A DNA stretch of 64,000 bases from Candidatus Saccharimonadales bacterium (GTDB taxonomy: Bacteria > Patescibacteriota > Saccharimonadia > Saccharimonadales > SZUA-47). The notes under the pieces were generated by a model that saw nothing but the letters and a program-made list of their open reading frames with translations, did not search any database and was not told the origin of the DNA. The stretch is from contig JBGSRU010000005.1 in NCBI GenBank assembly GCA_041737385.1, forward strand, positions 64,128 to 128,127, read 5' to 3'. Below are positions 37,595 to 47,334 of this stretch, piece after piece. Within the stretch, counting starts at the first letter, position 1. Every line of letters starts with the position of its first letter. The position numbers were made by a program, and so were the translations under genes.

Positions 37595-40153
37595 CTAGTC
37601 GTGGTAAATAGCTTTGAGCACGTTCATACGTGCAGCTTTACGAGCTGGCCAAGCAGCGGCAATGACACCAGCAATTATTGAAAGGATAAAGTATATAAGT
37701 AGTTGTACGAACGAAACGTTATAGCCAGAAATTCCTTCAGATGCTAGAGCTTTTAGTACGGCCCACGCAAAAAAGCTTCCCATTCCAATGCCCAATATAG
37801 CACCAAATAACGCGATGATGATTGATTCATAACGTATCATACGACGGGTTTGTTCCCGAGTCATCCCAATCGCGCGCAGCATGCCAAGTTCTCTTGTTCT
37901 TTCGCTGATAGACAGCATCAGTGTATTGGTGATGCCAAGTACCGCGATAATAATTGCGAAGCCAAGTAGTCCCCAAAACAATCCAAGGATCTGATCAATT
38001 TGTTCTTCAGCAGTTTTGAAAATATCACCTTTGTCTTGGACTTCAGTCTGTGGATAGTCAGTTAACACGTTCTGAACTGCGACTTTTCCATCATCATCGC
38101 TATAGCCATCAGCGACATTCATTGCGAGTAGCGTCACACCTTCGTCGTTGAAGTTTGTACTATATGTTTCGGTAGAAATAATGAAATCACTATCAAACGC
38201 TTCTGTGAAGAATCCAACTATCTTTATCATTTGTTCACCATTTAGTGCGTATTCAATTGGTATTTCTTGCCCTACACTCCACCCTTTTTCATCATAGACA
38301 GTTTTCGAAACGAGTAGCCCGTTATCAGCCAGCGCTGTGTACGAGCCTTCGCTCTCACCAATATTTATTACATTTCCAATTGTTGCTGCATCCACACCAG
38401 CAATAAATACTACTTGACCATCTATTTTTGCTCCTTCGAATTCATAACGAAAGGCCGAAACATCTGTTATTTCAGGTAATGTTGCGATGTCCTCCCCGAT
38501 AGCGCTACTGAATTTAGCAGAACCGGGGCCTGCATCCCCAATGTTTTTTGACAAAACAGATAAGTCTGCCGGAAAGCTATTATCTAGAATGGTTGTGATA
38601 TTTGATTTAAATGTGGTGGCTAAGATAGAGAGCATTGTGACAAGCGAGACGCCAATCATGAGCGCCGCTGCTGATGATGCAGTACGCCTCGGTGTGCGCT
38701 TCGCGTTGTCACGAGCAAGTCTTGCCGTAATCCCGCGTGTTTTTACAAGTGGCCAGCTAATTAACTGTGCCAAAGGCACACTAAGGAGCGGGGCAATAGT
38801 TGAGACGCCTATAAACATCAATGTCACGCCTGCACCAACCGCATAGAGCGGATTGTTTACGTCACCATTTAGCCCATAAGCAAGTAGCCCAGCACCGATT
38901 ATCGTTGTCATGCCTCCAACCGCTCCACGCGTAAACAAAGATTTACGATTAGAAGCGCTTGCTTCATTTTCACGCATTGCTTCTATTGGTGATACTTTCG
39001 ATGCTTTAATAGCCGGTAATAAGGCCGCAAATAACGTCACGAACATTCCAACGCCTAGCGACACGACAATTGTTCTAGGTTCGATTGAAAGTGGACCTTC
39101 TGGTAAGCCAAACCCGATAGCATTCATGAGTGAACGAACGCCGCTTGAAACAACTAGCCCGAGCAAGATACCTGTAACAGACGCGAGTAACGCAATAAAA
39201 ATTGCTTCGTATATAACGAGGCGAACTACTTGCACTTTCGTCGCGCCAATTGCACGCAACAACGCAAGCTCTTTTGAGCGTTGAGCGACAATTATCCGGA
39301 AAGTGTTTTGAATAATAAAAGATCCGACAAAAATAGCAATTCCAGCAAAAGCAAGCAGCGCAGTGTTTATGAACCCTAATCCTTGGTTAATTTCATCAAG
39401 CTGTTCGTTTGACTGCTCTGTGCCAGTAATTGACTCATATTCAGCAGGCAGTATGCTGTCTATTCGTGCTTTAAGTTCTTCCGGTGAGACGCTATTGGTT
39501 GCCTTTAAATCTATCCCGCTATAACCGTCATCGTAGCCTAAAACACGTTGAGCTTCGCTTAGTTCAAAGGCTGCTAAGGTTGCTCCTGCGAGTCCGTCTG
39601 CGCTACCGAATTTTGCAATACCTACTAGTGTGAATTCTTCAGCTGGTCCCTGTAAGAGAATTTTTACTTTATCACCAACAACAAAACTGTTAGCATCGGC
39701 GGTTGCTTTGTCGATAACAACTTCACCAGGTGCTGTCGGTGCTCGTCCGTCTGCTTCGTCGATTGTAAATACTTGTAAGCTTGGTTCGGTTGTCCACTCA
39801 AATCCTAGAGTAGGTGGCCCTTGTCCGCCAATGAGCTGTTCATCCTTTCCGATTAATTGAGCGTATCCAGCTACTTCGGGCGCGACCGCACTAACACCAT
39901 CAACGGCCGATACTTTATCTAATAATTCTTGCGAAATAATCCGCTTCGTTGAGCCAAAATCAGCTTGCTTTGCACGTACCGACACATCAGTGCCTGAGTA
40001 CACTTCACTGAATAAATTATCAAATGTACTGCCAATACTATCTGTGAAAATGTATGTTCCAGATACAAAACTAACACCTAGAATAATAGAGAAGCCGGTC
40101 AAAAACATGCGCAGTTTATGACCAAGCAGATTTTTTATCGCTGCTTTAAACAT
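37595..40153 (-). CDS. ABC transporter permease with two FtsX domains (MacB-like)
   Basis: 852 aa. Two 4-TM FtsX modules, each preceded by a large extracytoplasmic domain. Confidence 0.85.
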   Translation of the reverse strand: MFKAAIKNLLGHKLRMFLTGFSIILGVSFVSGTYIFTDSIGSTFDNLFSEVYSGTDVSVRAKQADFGSTKRIISQELLDKVSAVDGVSAVAPEVAGYAQLIGKDEQLIGGQGPPTLGFEWTTEPSLQVFTIDEADGRAPTAPGEVVIDKATADANSFVVGDKVKILLQGPAEEFTLVGIAKFGSADGLAGATLAAFELSEAQRVLGYDDGYSGIDLKATNSVSPEELKARIDSILPAEYESITGTEQSNEQLDEINQGLGFINTALLAFAGIAIFVGSFIIQNTFRIIVAQRSKELALLRAIGATKVQVVRLVIYEAIFIALLASVTGILLGLVVSSGVRSLMNAIGFGLPEGPLSIEPRTIVVSLGVGMFVTLFAALLPAIKASKVSPIEAMRENEASASNRKSLFTRGAVGGMTTIIGAGLLAYGLNGDVNNPLYAVGAGVTLMFIGVSTIAPLLSVPLAQLISWPLVKTRGITARLARDNAKRTPRRTASSAAALMIGVSLVTMLSILATTFKSNITTILDNSFPADLSVLSKNIGDAGPGSAKFSSAIGEDIATLPEITDVSAFRYEFEGAKIDGQVVFIAGVDAATIGNVINIGESEGSYTALADNGLLVSKTVYDEKGWSVGQEIPIEYALNGEQMIKIVGFFTEAFDSDFIISTETYSTNFNDEGVTLLAMNVADGYSDDDGKVAVQNVLTDYPQTEVQDKGDIFKTAEEQIDQILGLFWGLLGFAIIIAVLGITNTLMLSISERTRELGMLRAIGMTREQTRRMIRYESIIIALFGAILGIGMGSFFAWAVLKALASEGISGYNVSFVQLLIYFILSIIAGVIAAAWPARKAARMNVLKAIYHD

Positions 40154-40162
40154 ATGGTTATC

Positions 40163-40924
40163 CTAGTTCCCTAGTTTTTTTAGTTTGTCTAAGATTTTAT
40201 CGACAGTCGGCTTGGCCACTTCATCGACTATTTGACCATCTTTTAGCATGACGACACGGTCTGCATATGCAGCTGCATTTGCGTCATGAGTTACCATGAC
40301 AATTGCTTGTCCGTATTCGGTTGCAGCTTTACGGAGAAATTTTAGTAACTCGGCGCTAGATTTTGAGTCAAGGTTGCCACTTGGCTCGTCGGCAAAAATG
40401 ATGTCAGGCCGTGATGCTAAAGCACGAGCTGCCGCAACACGCTGTTGCTGGCCGCCAGACATTTCGCTTGGTAAGTGGTTAAGTCTGTCTTGCAGGCCAA
40501 GTGTTTTGACTAGGTCAGCGAACCATTTCATGTCAGGTTTCTTTCCAGCAATAGAGATAGGGAGGAGGATATTCTCTTTTGCAGTGAGTGTTGGTACGAG
40601 GTTGAATGACTGGAATATGAAGCCAACGCTCTTACGCCTAAGCATAGTCAGCGCCTTGTCTTTTAACTTTCCGACATCATGCTTACCAATAAGCGCTTGA
40701 CCTTTATCGAGCTTATCGAGACCAGCTGCACAGTGGAGAAGCGTAGATTTACCTGATCCACTCGGTCCCATGATCGCAGTAAATACTCCTTCTTCGAAAT
40801 CTATTGAAACGCCGTTAAGTGCACGTACCTCTGTATCATCTTTGCCGTATATTTTGTAAGCATCTTGAACAGTTGCCATTATTTTTGCTACTTTTTTTGC
40901 TTTTGGCTTCGTTGCTGTTGGCAT
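40163..40924 (-). CDS. ABC transporter ATP-binding protein (MacB/LolD-type)
   Basis: Walker A GPSGSGKST, signature LSGGQQQRVAAARAL, Walker B IIFADEP. Confidence 0.9.
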   Translation of the reverse strand: MPTATKPKAKKVAKIMATVQDAYKIYGKDDTEVRALNGVSIDFEEGVFTAIMGPSGSGKSTLLHCAAGLDKLDKGQALIGKHDVGKLKDKALTMLRRKSVGFIFQSFNLVPTLTAKENILLPISIAGKKPDMKWFADLVKTLGLQDRLNHLPSEMSGGQQQRVAAARALASRPDIIFADEPSGNLDSKSSAELLKFLRKAATEYGQAIVMVTHDANAAAYADRVVMLKDGQIVDEVAKPTVDKILDKLKKLGN

Positions 40925-41031
40925 GGTTTTTCCTCGTTACTTGTTTATAAGTATAGCAACTTTTGTGTAGGCTACGAGCAGTAGTGTGATAACTATGAAA
41001 AGGTGTATAATGACAGTAGAAGGAGTTTATT

Positions 41032-42204
41032 ATGATTCAAGTCAAAAAGTACTCAGGGTTTCTAGTTGCTTTGTTTGGAGCGACTGTATTGTTTATGGGG
41101 ATTGCGAGCGCTCATGATTTCAGGTCTGGAACGAGCGTTGTCGTTGAGCAGGCAGCGGTCATCGATAATTCGATATTTGTAGCGGGCCGCACTATAGATA
41201 TTAATGCAGAGGTATTCGGTGATGTATTCTGTGCAGGTCAAACGATAACTGTCTCTGGAACAGTACATGGTGACGTTATCTGTGGTGGTCAAACTATCAC
41301 CATCTCAGGTATTGTAGACGGTGATGTGCGGTTGGCTGGCCAAACAGTGACGTTACAAGCGGCTATTGCTGGCAACGCAACTATTGCCGGTGAAACATTT
41401 ACGCAATCTTCCTCATCAGAAATAGGCGGAGACTTAACAGCAGGATCCAATGACATAATATTGAATGGTCGTATCGGCAGAGATGTCGCAGTCGGAGGTG
41501 GAAACGTCATATTGACGGGAGAAGTAGGGAGAAATATTAAAGGTGACGTAAACCAACTAGAGCTATTTAAGGCTGCAAAAGTTGGCGGCAATATTGCTTA
41601 TACGAGTACAAATGATATTAATGATGCTGGTGCGAGCGTTGCTGGTTTAATTTCGCGCACGGACGTCCAGCAATCATCAAATCGTGGTGAAATGTTCGGG
41701 CTCGGTCTGGCTTGGTTTATATTCTTATTTGTATCGATGTTATTAGTTGCGATGGCAATAGCGCTCATGTTCCCAGCCGTTTTGCGCAATGTAACTGATC
41801 GAGCGCTCCCAAGGCCATGGAGAGCACTGCTAGTAGGGCTAGTCGCCAGTATCGTAGTACCAGTATTACTAGTCATCGTTGCAGTGACAATTGTCGGCTT
41901 GCCGCTTGCATTCTTGCTTGGGTTGCTATGGCTATTAGTCTCAATGCTGAGTGGACCATTCAGCGGATACTATCTCGGCAGATTATTGCTTAAAAACTCA
42001 CAGCATACTCTGAAGATAATGTTGGTCGGTTCGTCTGCGCTATTAGTACTGTATTTTATCCCGTTCGTTGGTTTCTTCGCACTTATCACTGCATATTGGA
42101 TAGGGAGCGGCATGATCTTACTTGAACTTACAAGGCGTACTCCGAGACCTTTGTATGCTACTACTACAGTAAAAACAAAAGCTACAAAGAAAAAATTAAC
42201 ATAG
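41032..42204 (+). CDS. membrane protein with bactofilin-like beta-helix repeats
   Basis: Signal/TM helix, then repeats (GDVFCAGQTITVSGTVHGDVICGGQTITISGIVDGDV...), then 4-5 C-terminal TM helices. Confidence 0.5.
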   Translation: MIQVKKYSGFLVALFGATVLFMGIASAHDFRSGTSVVVEQAAVIDNSIFVAGRTIDINAEVFGDVFCAGQTITVSGTVHGDVICGGQTITISGIVDGDVRLAGQTVTLQAAIAGNATIAGETFTQSSSSEIGGDLTAGSNDIILNGRIGRDVAVGGGNVILTGEVGRNIKGDVNQLELFKAAKVGGNIAYTSTNDINDAGASVAGLISRTDVQQSSNRGEMFGLGLAWFIFLFVSMLLVAMAIALMFPAVLRNVTDRALPRPWRALLVGLVASIVVPVLLVIVAVTIVGLPLAFLLGLLWLLVSMLSGPFSGYYLGRLLLKNSQHTLKIMLVGSSALLVLYFIPFVGFFALITAYWIGSGMILLELTRRTPRPLYATTTVKTKATKKKLT

Positions 42205-42267
42205 CCCTAAATTAGAACCGAAGCACAAGCAGTTTTTTTGCGATCCAAAAGATAATAGAATAAGTCA

Positions 42268-43176
42268 ATGAGCTCAGAAGTATTTATTGATGGTTTGCGA
42301 GATGCCTATAATCAAGGCGACGCTGAAGGCTTTTTGTTGGAGCAACACGAACGTTTGGCTGAAACAACTAGACCTATAGATTTTATCGGTGCAGGCTCTA
42401 AGGTTACCTATAACTATATCCACCCTGAGAGTAGGATACAGATTACTTTAAACACTAAGGGGTTTAGAGTAAATGATCCAAACGCACTTATTGATTTTGG
42501 TGAAGCCGTATTGACGATTAGTCAGCGAGATGACGAAGTCACTTCTGATAGATTAGTGATTGATGCTGCACAATATGCAATGTTTAAATATTACAGTATT
42601 GGTGACAGTCCAGTTGATGAAAAAGTGCGAATGAAATTTCATCCACGTTTTCTAAAAGGTAAGACACGGGATCTACATGAGGTACGGGAAAGTGGTACCG
42701 CAATGTGTAGTGAGCGGGCTGCCTTAAGCCATAACTTCACAACACTCGGTGGTCTCCCGACTGCATTTGCAACAGGCATGATGGGGCCAACACCAGAGTC
42801 GGCACGGCCACATGCAACACAGATTGTTCGAGTAGACGACGAATTTATGCTATTCGATTCTGCAAACCCAAGTGTTCGGGTGAGTAATGGCCGCACTACG
42901 TTAGTCCCAACAACAGCAGTAGTTGATCCATATAAAACATTAGTTGATGGTCTTCCTCAAGCGGTGAGAATGAGTAGGGAATATGATACGGGCACATACG
43001 TTATGGATGTTGAGTTTACTCATACTGCGCTGTACCCAGCGACGTTTGAGGGATTTGATAAGTTAGGGCGTCTTGGAAAGGCCGCTATAGCTAACATGTC
43101 TAATGCAGACAAAAGAAAACTTGGAATAGAAGACGCAGCAGAACGGCTTCAAGCATCTAAGTTTATGCAAGTTTGA
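42268..43176 (+). CDS. hypothetical protein with putative transglutaminase-like Cys-His-Asp core
   Basis: GTAMCSERAAL...(26 aa)...PHATQIVRV...FMLFDSAN spacing fits a papain/transglutaminase-like triad. Judged by eye only. Confidence 0.4.
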   Translation: MSSEVFIDGLRDAYNQGDAEGFLLEQHERLAETTRPIDFIGAGSKVTYNYIHPESRIQITLNTKGFRVNDPNALIDFGEAVLTISQRDDEVTSDRLVIDAAQYAMFKYYSIGDSPVDEKVRMKFHPRFLKGKTRDLHEVRESGTAMCSERAALSHNFTTLGGLPTAFATGMMGPTPESARPHATQIVRVDDEFMLFDSANPSVRVSNGRTTLVPTTAVVDPYKTLVDGLPQAVRMSREYDTGTYVMDVEFTHTALYPATFEGFDKLGRLGKAAIANMSNADKRKLGIEDAAERLQASKFMQV

Positions 43177-43177
43177 T

Positions 43178-43426
43178 CTAGCTTTTCAGTAAATCTAGGT
43201 CAACATCTATGTCGTCAAAGCGATTTTGAAGTATTTTCTTAGCGTCTTTAACCGCTTGATTGTATATGTCAGGACCAATACTTTCTGTTACGATATCAAG
43301 AATATCTTCAGCTGCGATCACACCGATTTTTTCGTCTAACGTTTCATCAAGCCTACCAATAATCTCATTGATGCATTTCCTTTTGGTTTCATCCGAACTG
43401 AGTTCAAACTTTCTTTTTATCGTCAT
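43178..43426 (-). CDS. DUF2164-like small protein
   Basis: IGVIAAEDILDIVTESIGPDIYNQAVKDA resembles the DUF2164 core. Confidence 0.5.
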   Translation of the reverse strand: MTIKRKFELSSDETKRKCINEIIGRLDETLDEKIGVIAAEDILDIVTESIGPDIYNQAVKDAKKILQNRFDDIDVDLDLLKS

Positions 43427-43446
43427 AACTATTAGTGTAACAAAAT

Positions 43447-43480
43447 AAAAGGACCTTCACTTTCTAGCGAAGGTCCTTTT
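43447..43480. terminator. bidirectional intrinsic terminator
   Basis: AAAAGGACCTTC / GAAGGTCCTTTT 12-bp stem with a 10-nt loop. Confidence 0.65.
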
Positions 43481-43497
43481 ACGGTAAATTTTACTAT

Positions 43498-44067
43498 TTA
43501 TTTCTTGTCTTCAGAGCCTTTGATTGCTGACTCAATGACATCTCTTGGCAAAGCTGCAGCGTTTAGTAGCGCGTCGCGAACAGTTTCAACCGCACTTCCC
43601 CCAACACTAGTAGCCGCGTCCATAGCACCACCAACAGCTGATTTTGCTGCTTCTGCGGTGTCTTCTCCGACGTCGCCAGCTGCTTTAATCGCACCTTCAA
43701 CAGCAGACACGGCTGCTTTACCAACATCACCACCAGTTTCAGCAGTTCCTTTTACGACTCCTTGAGCTGCACCAAATACAGCGCCCATAACGTCACCACT
43801 AACTGATGAAACTCCCTTTATAACACCACTCATTGTACCGGTGATCGTCTCGGTGAGCGATGAACCGACATCATTTGCGGCTTTAGCAGAGCCACTCGCG
43901 ACTGACGCAACCGCTTCAATAGTTGATCCAGCCACTTCACCAGTTCCACTTATAACGTTAATAACTTGGTCTTTAACGGTTGTTGTTACTGTGCCGACGA
44001 TATCACCAGTCCCTTGGATAGCTGCACTCACTGCGCTAGTTGCTTCTTTTATGATTTTATCTAACAT
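43498..44067 (-). CDS. Gly/Ala/Val/Ser-rich repetitive amphipathic protein
   Basis: 189 aa of degenerate repeats (..GDVxGAV.., ..AVEGAIKAAGDVG..). No TM helix. Confidence 0.45.
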   Translation of the reverse strand: MLDKIIKEATSAVSAAIQGTGDIVGTVTTTVKDQVINVISGTGEVAGSTIEAVASVASGSAKAANDVGSSLTETITGTMSGVIKGVSSVSGDVMGAVFGAAQGVVKGTAETGGDVGKAAVSAVEGAIKAAGDVGEDTAEAAKSAVGGAMDAATSVGGSAVETVRDALLNAAALPRDVIESAIKGSEDKK

Positions 44068-44236
44068 TTTAACCCTCCAGTTGTTTATTCTTCCATATAT
44101 AGTGTAGCATCTAACAGGTTTGGCAACTCAGCGAATTTGTTCGACGGAGGCTTGCTGCTGTCAGCTGTGCTCTTTAGTTTTATTGGTTAATATTAGTATA
44201 GAAAGCACTCAGCAAGCCGCTTGTTTTTAGTAGTTT

Positions 44237-44842
44237 TTATTTTGAACGTATGCTGTTTACAAGTTCGTCAAACCCAGATTGGTATGAGCTACCATCGGCA
44301 CTTGCATAAAGCGCCTTCACTATCCCAGATCCGTAATCGAAGTAATAGGTTTTGACGGAAGTTTCTCTGCCGTAAGTTGAGGAAGCTAAATATTCTGTTT
44401 CAGCAACGAGACTCCGCAAATCGTTAATAAATAATGACTTACAAATATGTTTTCTGACTTCTTGAACGTCCTGAATCTGGCTACATTCAGTAATGTTTTC
44501 TGAACTTTCAGACAGGCTGATGCTCAGTTCTGGATTGTTACTACAGTCAACTTCTGGAGCGCTGTTTGGCCTAAAATTAACTGAACCAGAGCTGGAAGGG
44601 CAAGTAGATTCAGCCCACCCATCAGGGAGTGCGTAACTAACGAGTGCTTTTATATCTGCATCAGTAGCGGGGCCTGCTACATCAGTAGCGGTTTCAACTT
44701 CAGCAGCAGGGGTTGATAAGCTGCCGTTGTCGTCATTGTTTGAGCCAACGATAAATCCTATTGCTAGAGCGAGTAGAACGATTAAACTGATAATTCCAAT
44801 ATTTTTATACATGTATCCATAGTACTCCATGCGCGCAAGCAT
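44237..44842 (-). CDS. hypothetical membrane-anchored exported protein
   Basis: N-terminal TM (IGIISLIVLLALAIGFIVG), 4 Cys in the ectodomain. Confidence 0.45.
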   Translation of the reverse strand: MLARMEYYGYMYKNIGIISLIVLLALAIGFIVGSNNDDNGSLSTPAAEVETATDVAGPATDADIKALVSYALPDGWAESTCPSSSGSVNFRPNSAPEVDCSNNPELSISLSESSENITECSQIQDVQEVRKHICKSLFINDLRSLVAETEYLASSTYGRETSVKTYYFDYGSGIVKALYASADGSSYQSGFDELVNSIRSK

Positions 44843-44890
44843 TCATTACCTCGTGCCTATGCTCAGCAGTAGAGCCGAATAATTTAAAAA

Positions 44891-45601
44891 CTATATAACA
44901 GCTACAAGTAAGCCACCAAAAACTTGAACTGCGAGGTAAAGCCCAAGGATAATTAGGAGTGGGTGTATTTTACGTTTTCGGTCTTCTACTCTAACTTTCG
45001 CCACGTTGCCATTTTCGTCTGTAACTTCTTTGTAACTAAACAATAAGCTATTTTCCTCAGGGTGTTTCTGGAGGTAGAGCTTGTAGTTAATAACAGCAAG
45101 AATCGTTAATGTTGCATCGACTATACCGGCAGCAGCAAGGAGTCTAAAGTAGAAATCGCCGAAACTCTCAGTATCCATCCAGACGATGGGTAGCAATAGA
45201 GCAATTACAATGAGCATGAATACATAGTTTAAGTAGACAAGGCTATCTATGAGTGGTTTTTTGTTGACCATTCCGTAAAGCATCTCACCGTGCAAACTCG
45301 CGAATGCAAGAATTCCGTATGTGCCGTAAAGCCGTAAAACTACTTCAACGTCGAATAAATTCCATACACCAAAAACAGATGTAAAAAAACTTAATACTAA
45401 AATTACAAAAATTATATTGCTGAAAAACTTCAGTTCAGTACCGTACCTTTTCGTAGAATTATCGATATATGCAAGGCTAAGCAGTGCATGAATCGTAACA
45501 AGAAATAATGTGAACAGTGCTTTGCCTAGAGCATCATTAAACTCTCCGACAAGTACAGAAACCACTGCAATACCAGCAGCACCAACCAAACTTCCAATCA
45601 T
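44891..45601 (-). CDS. hypothetical polytopic membrane protein
   Basis: About 7 hydrophobic helices. No motif recognised. Confidence 0.5.
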   Translation of the reverse strand: MIGSLVGAAGIAVVSVLVGEFNDALGKALFTLFLVTIHALLSLAYIDNSTKRYGTELKFFSNIIFVILVLSFFTSVFGVWNLFDVEVVLRLYGTYGILAFASLHGEMLYGMVNKKPLIDSLVYLNYVFMLIVIALLLPIVWMDTESFGDFYFRLLAAAGIVDATLTILAVINYKLYLQKHPEENSLLFSYKEVTDENGNVAKVRVEDRKRKIHPLLIILGLYLAVQVFGGLLVAVI

Positions 45602-45747
45602 GATCTGAATGGCTAGTTTTTTAATATTTTCCGTAGTTATTAGTTAACTCCTTTTATGATTTTAATTATACAGAGAAGGGGGTTGGAATGCTAGTTTCTA
45701 TTGTTAGTACTCCTAGGTCTTCGTCTACGACGAATATCCTTGAGGAG

Positions 45748-46155
45748 CTATCTAGGTGGAAATTGGTACTGAATCAAACTCACTAACTCCTGGGTCGAGT
45801 CTTCTAGGTATTTTTGGTCGTTTACGTCAAAAGTTTTATCACTATCGCTTATTATTTCTAAGTTTCCAACGACGTTTCCGTTTGCTTTCACAGGGACTAC
45901 AATTATTGAGTTGATAGGGTATCCATGAAAATTTTGATTGCAGTTATTACTGATTTCCGCTATTCCAGTACTTGCTACTCTTCCATTGGTGTTTTTGTCA
46001 GGCGTGTTTTCAAGTGGATTTACTAAATCTATCCAAACTTGAGGCATGTTATAACTTGCTCCGCAACGGAGCACTCCATCTTTTTCAAATACAACCATGA
46101 TTGCCCCAGAAGAAGCGCCCAAATCTTTGACTACTCTTTCTATGTATTCATCCAT
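45748..46155 (-). CDS. stand-alone GAF domain protein
   Basis: 135 aa. GAF-like pattern (GAIMVVFEKDG...VPVKANGNVVGNLEI). Confidence 0.6.
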   Translation of the reverse strand: MDEYIERVVKDLGASSGAIMVVFEKDGVLRCGASYNMPQVWIDLVNPLENTPDKNTNGRVASTGIAEISNNCNQNFHGYPINSIIVVPVKANGNVVGNLEIISDSDKTFDVNDQKYLEDSTQELVSLIQYQFPPR

Positions 46156-46340
46156 ATAGGTATTGTCTCATAATATAACAGAGTCTAAAAAACCTCTGTT
46201 AAATAAGCTTAAGCATAATGGTAGCCCATGTATCTTCGTCTAGGAATAACATCCTCGGACGGGCTGAGTCGATGGAAACTTGTCTATAGGGGTGGTGCTA
46301 GTTTAGGTAGCCCTGGCATGTAGGTGTGGACTATTAGATA

Positions 46341-46598
46341 TTAGCCATATAGTTGTGAATGAGTGCCAATCTTAACAAAAATTGTTGCGTCTTCCTTTTG
46401 TAAATACAATGCTCGATAGTCACCAGTAATATTGATACTTCTATAGCTTGAATATTTTCCTTTTAAAGGGTGGTTACGAAGACTTGGATGGAGAGGGTTA
46501 TCGCGAAATAACTTAATGCTTTCGTACAATTTAATTTGTAGTTTAGTCGGAAGCTTCTTGGCTTGCTTAATAAATTCCTTTGAAAAGGTAACATTCAT
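46341..46598 (-). CDS. type II toxin, RelE/YafQ family mRNA interferase
   Basis: 85 aa. FxKxxKKL...L..NP..P.L..H.L.G......S..I..D.R..Y....D.I.....GTHS.LY pattern. ATGA overlap with the antitoxin. Confidence 0.8.
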   Translation of the reverse strand: MNVTFSKEFIKQAKKLPTKLQIKLYESIKLFRDNPLHPSLRNHPLKGKYSSYRSINITGDYRALYLQKEDATIFVKIGTHSQLYG

Positions 46599-46882
46599 TT
46601 TATGTTTAGTTTTTCAGCTAAAAAGTCGAGCGCTTCGTCGTTATCCTTAAATTTGTAGTAATCTCCAGCTTCTATCTGCTTTCGAGAAGCAGCTAATTCT
46701 TTTGCAGTTTTTGCATTTGGGACCTCGGGCAAGTCAAATGTAACACTCTGCTCAGTAGCAAAGCGGCGAAGTTCATTATTCAGAACTGCGCTCACGCTAA
46801 TACCAAGCTTATCAGCTGTTTTAGCTGCAAGCTTTTTTAGTTCAGGATCAGTCTTTAGGTTTATTACTGCATATTTACTCAT
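46595..46882 (-). CDS. type II antitoxin, DinJ/RelB-like (RHH)
   Basis: 95 aa. N-terminal INLKTDPELKKLAAKTADKLGISVSAVLN ribbon-helix-helix pattern. Lies upstream of and overlaps the toxin. Confidence 0.7.
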   Translation of the reverse strand: MSKYAVINLKTDPELKKLAAKTADKLGISVSAVLNNELRRFATEQSVTFDLPEVPNAKTAKELAASRKQIEAGDYYKFKDNDEALDFLAEKLNIK

Positions 46883-47160
46883 ACCAAAAGTATATACTAT
46901 TGGTATTAATTATGTCAATAGATTATTCGCCATTGATGGGCCAAAAAGAGTGACCATCTCAATCCAGCCGCCCACTATCGAAGGGGGCTGTGACTGATAT
47001 GCAAACCTGCGAAGGGTAGAGGGGTCACTCCAACGCACGATGTCAGACTAGCTCTGAGCTATTCCAACATCTAACTAAAATCTGTACAAATAAGAAATTT
47101 GACAGAGTTCGAACCTCCCGCGTTGCGGGTTAGGTTTGGAGTCGTGGAACTGGTACCAAA

Positions 47161-47183
47161 ACGAAAACCCACCAAATGGTGGG
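47161..47183 (-). terminator. intrinsic terminator following the tRNA-fMet 3' fragment copy
   Basis: Minus strand: CCCACCA-TT-TGGTGGG followed by TTTTCGTTTT. Confidence 0.55.
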
Positions 47184-47191
47184 CACTTGTT

Positions 47192-47209
47192 TTGGTAGCG
47201 GGGCCAGGA
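47192..47209 (-). repeat. orphan copy of the 3' end of tRNA-fMet (T-stem 3' strand to CCA plus 1 nt)
   Basis: TTGGTAGCGGGGCCAGGA is identical (18/18) to 47342-47359. Confidence 0.75.
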
Positions 47210-47308
47210 GAGGGAGAAATTCCGCCCGTCTTGCTGTAAAACAGCTGGGGGAATAGCGAACCTGCCCTTTCAGGGCTATCAGGTTCGAGGCTTGACTACG
47301 TCATCAAG

Positions 47309-47334
47309 ATAAAAAACCGACACGAATGTCGGTT
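47309..47334 (-). terminator. intrinsic terminator of tRNA-fMet
   Basis: Minus strand: AACCGACA-TTCG-TGTCGGTT followed by T6. Confidence 0.7.

Noticed and set aside
37595-40924. Several 76-134-aa + strand ORFs inside the ABC permease and ATPase genes
   Set aside because: They are antisense to strongly supported genes, Ser/Ala/Pro-rich, and have no independent start signals.
46920-47160. Possible tmRNA, SRP RNA (a CCCGCAACGC..ACTCTGT stretch recalls the 4.5S RNA 5' region; GGGGGCTGTG resembles a tmRNA or SRP 5' end) or RNase P RNA
   Set aside because: There is no GGAAGCAGCC-type SRP domain IV. There is no alanine-type acceptor (CAGCUCCACCA) or T-arm-ACCA 3' end for tmRNA. There is no GGAAAGTCC or ACAGAA..GGCTTA for RNase P. 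The question is unresolved rather than disproved and needs an Infernal search.
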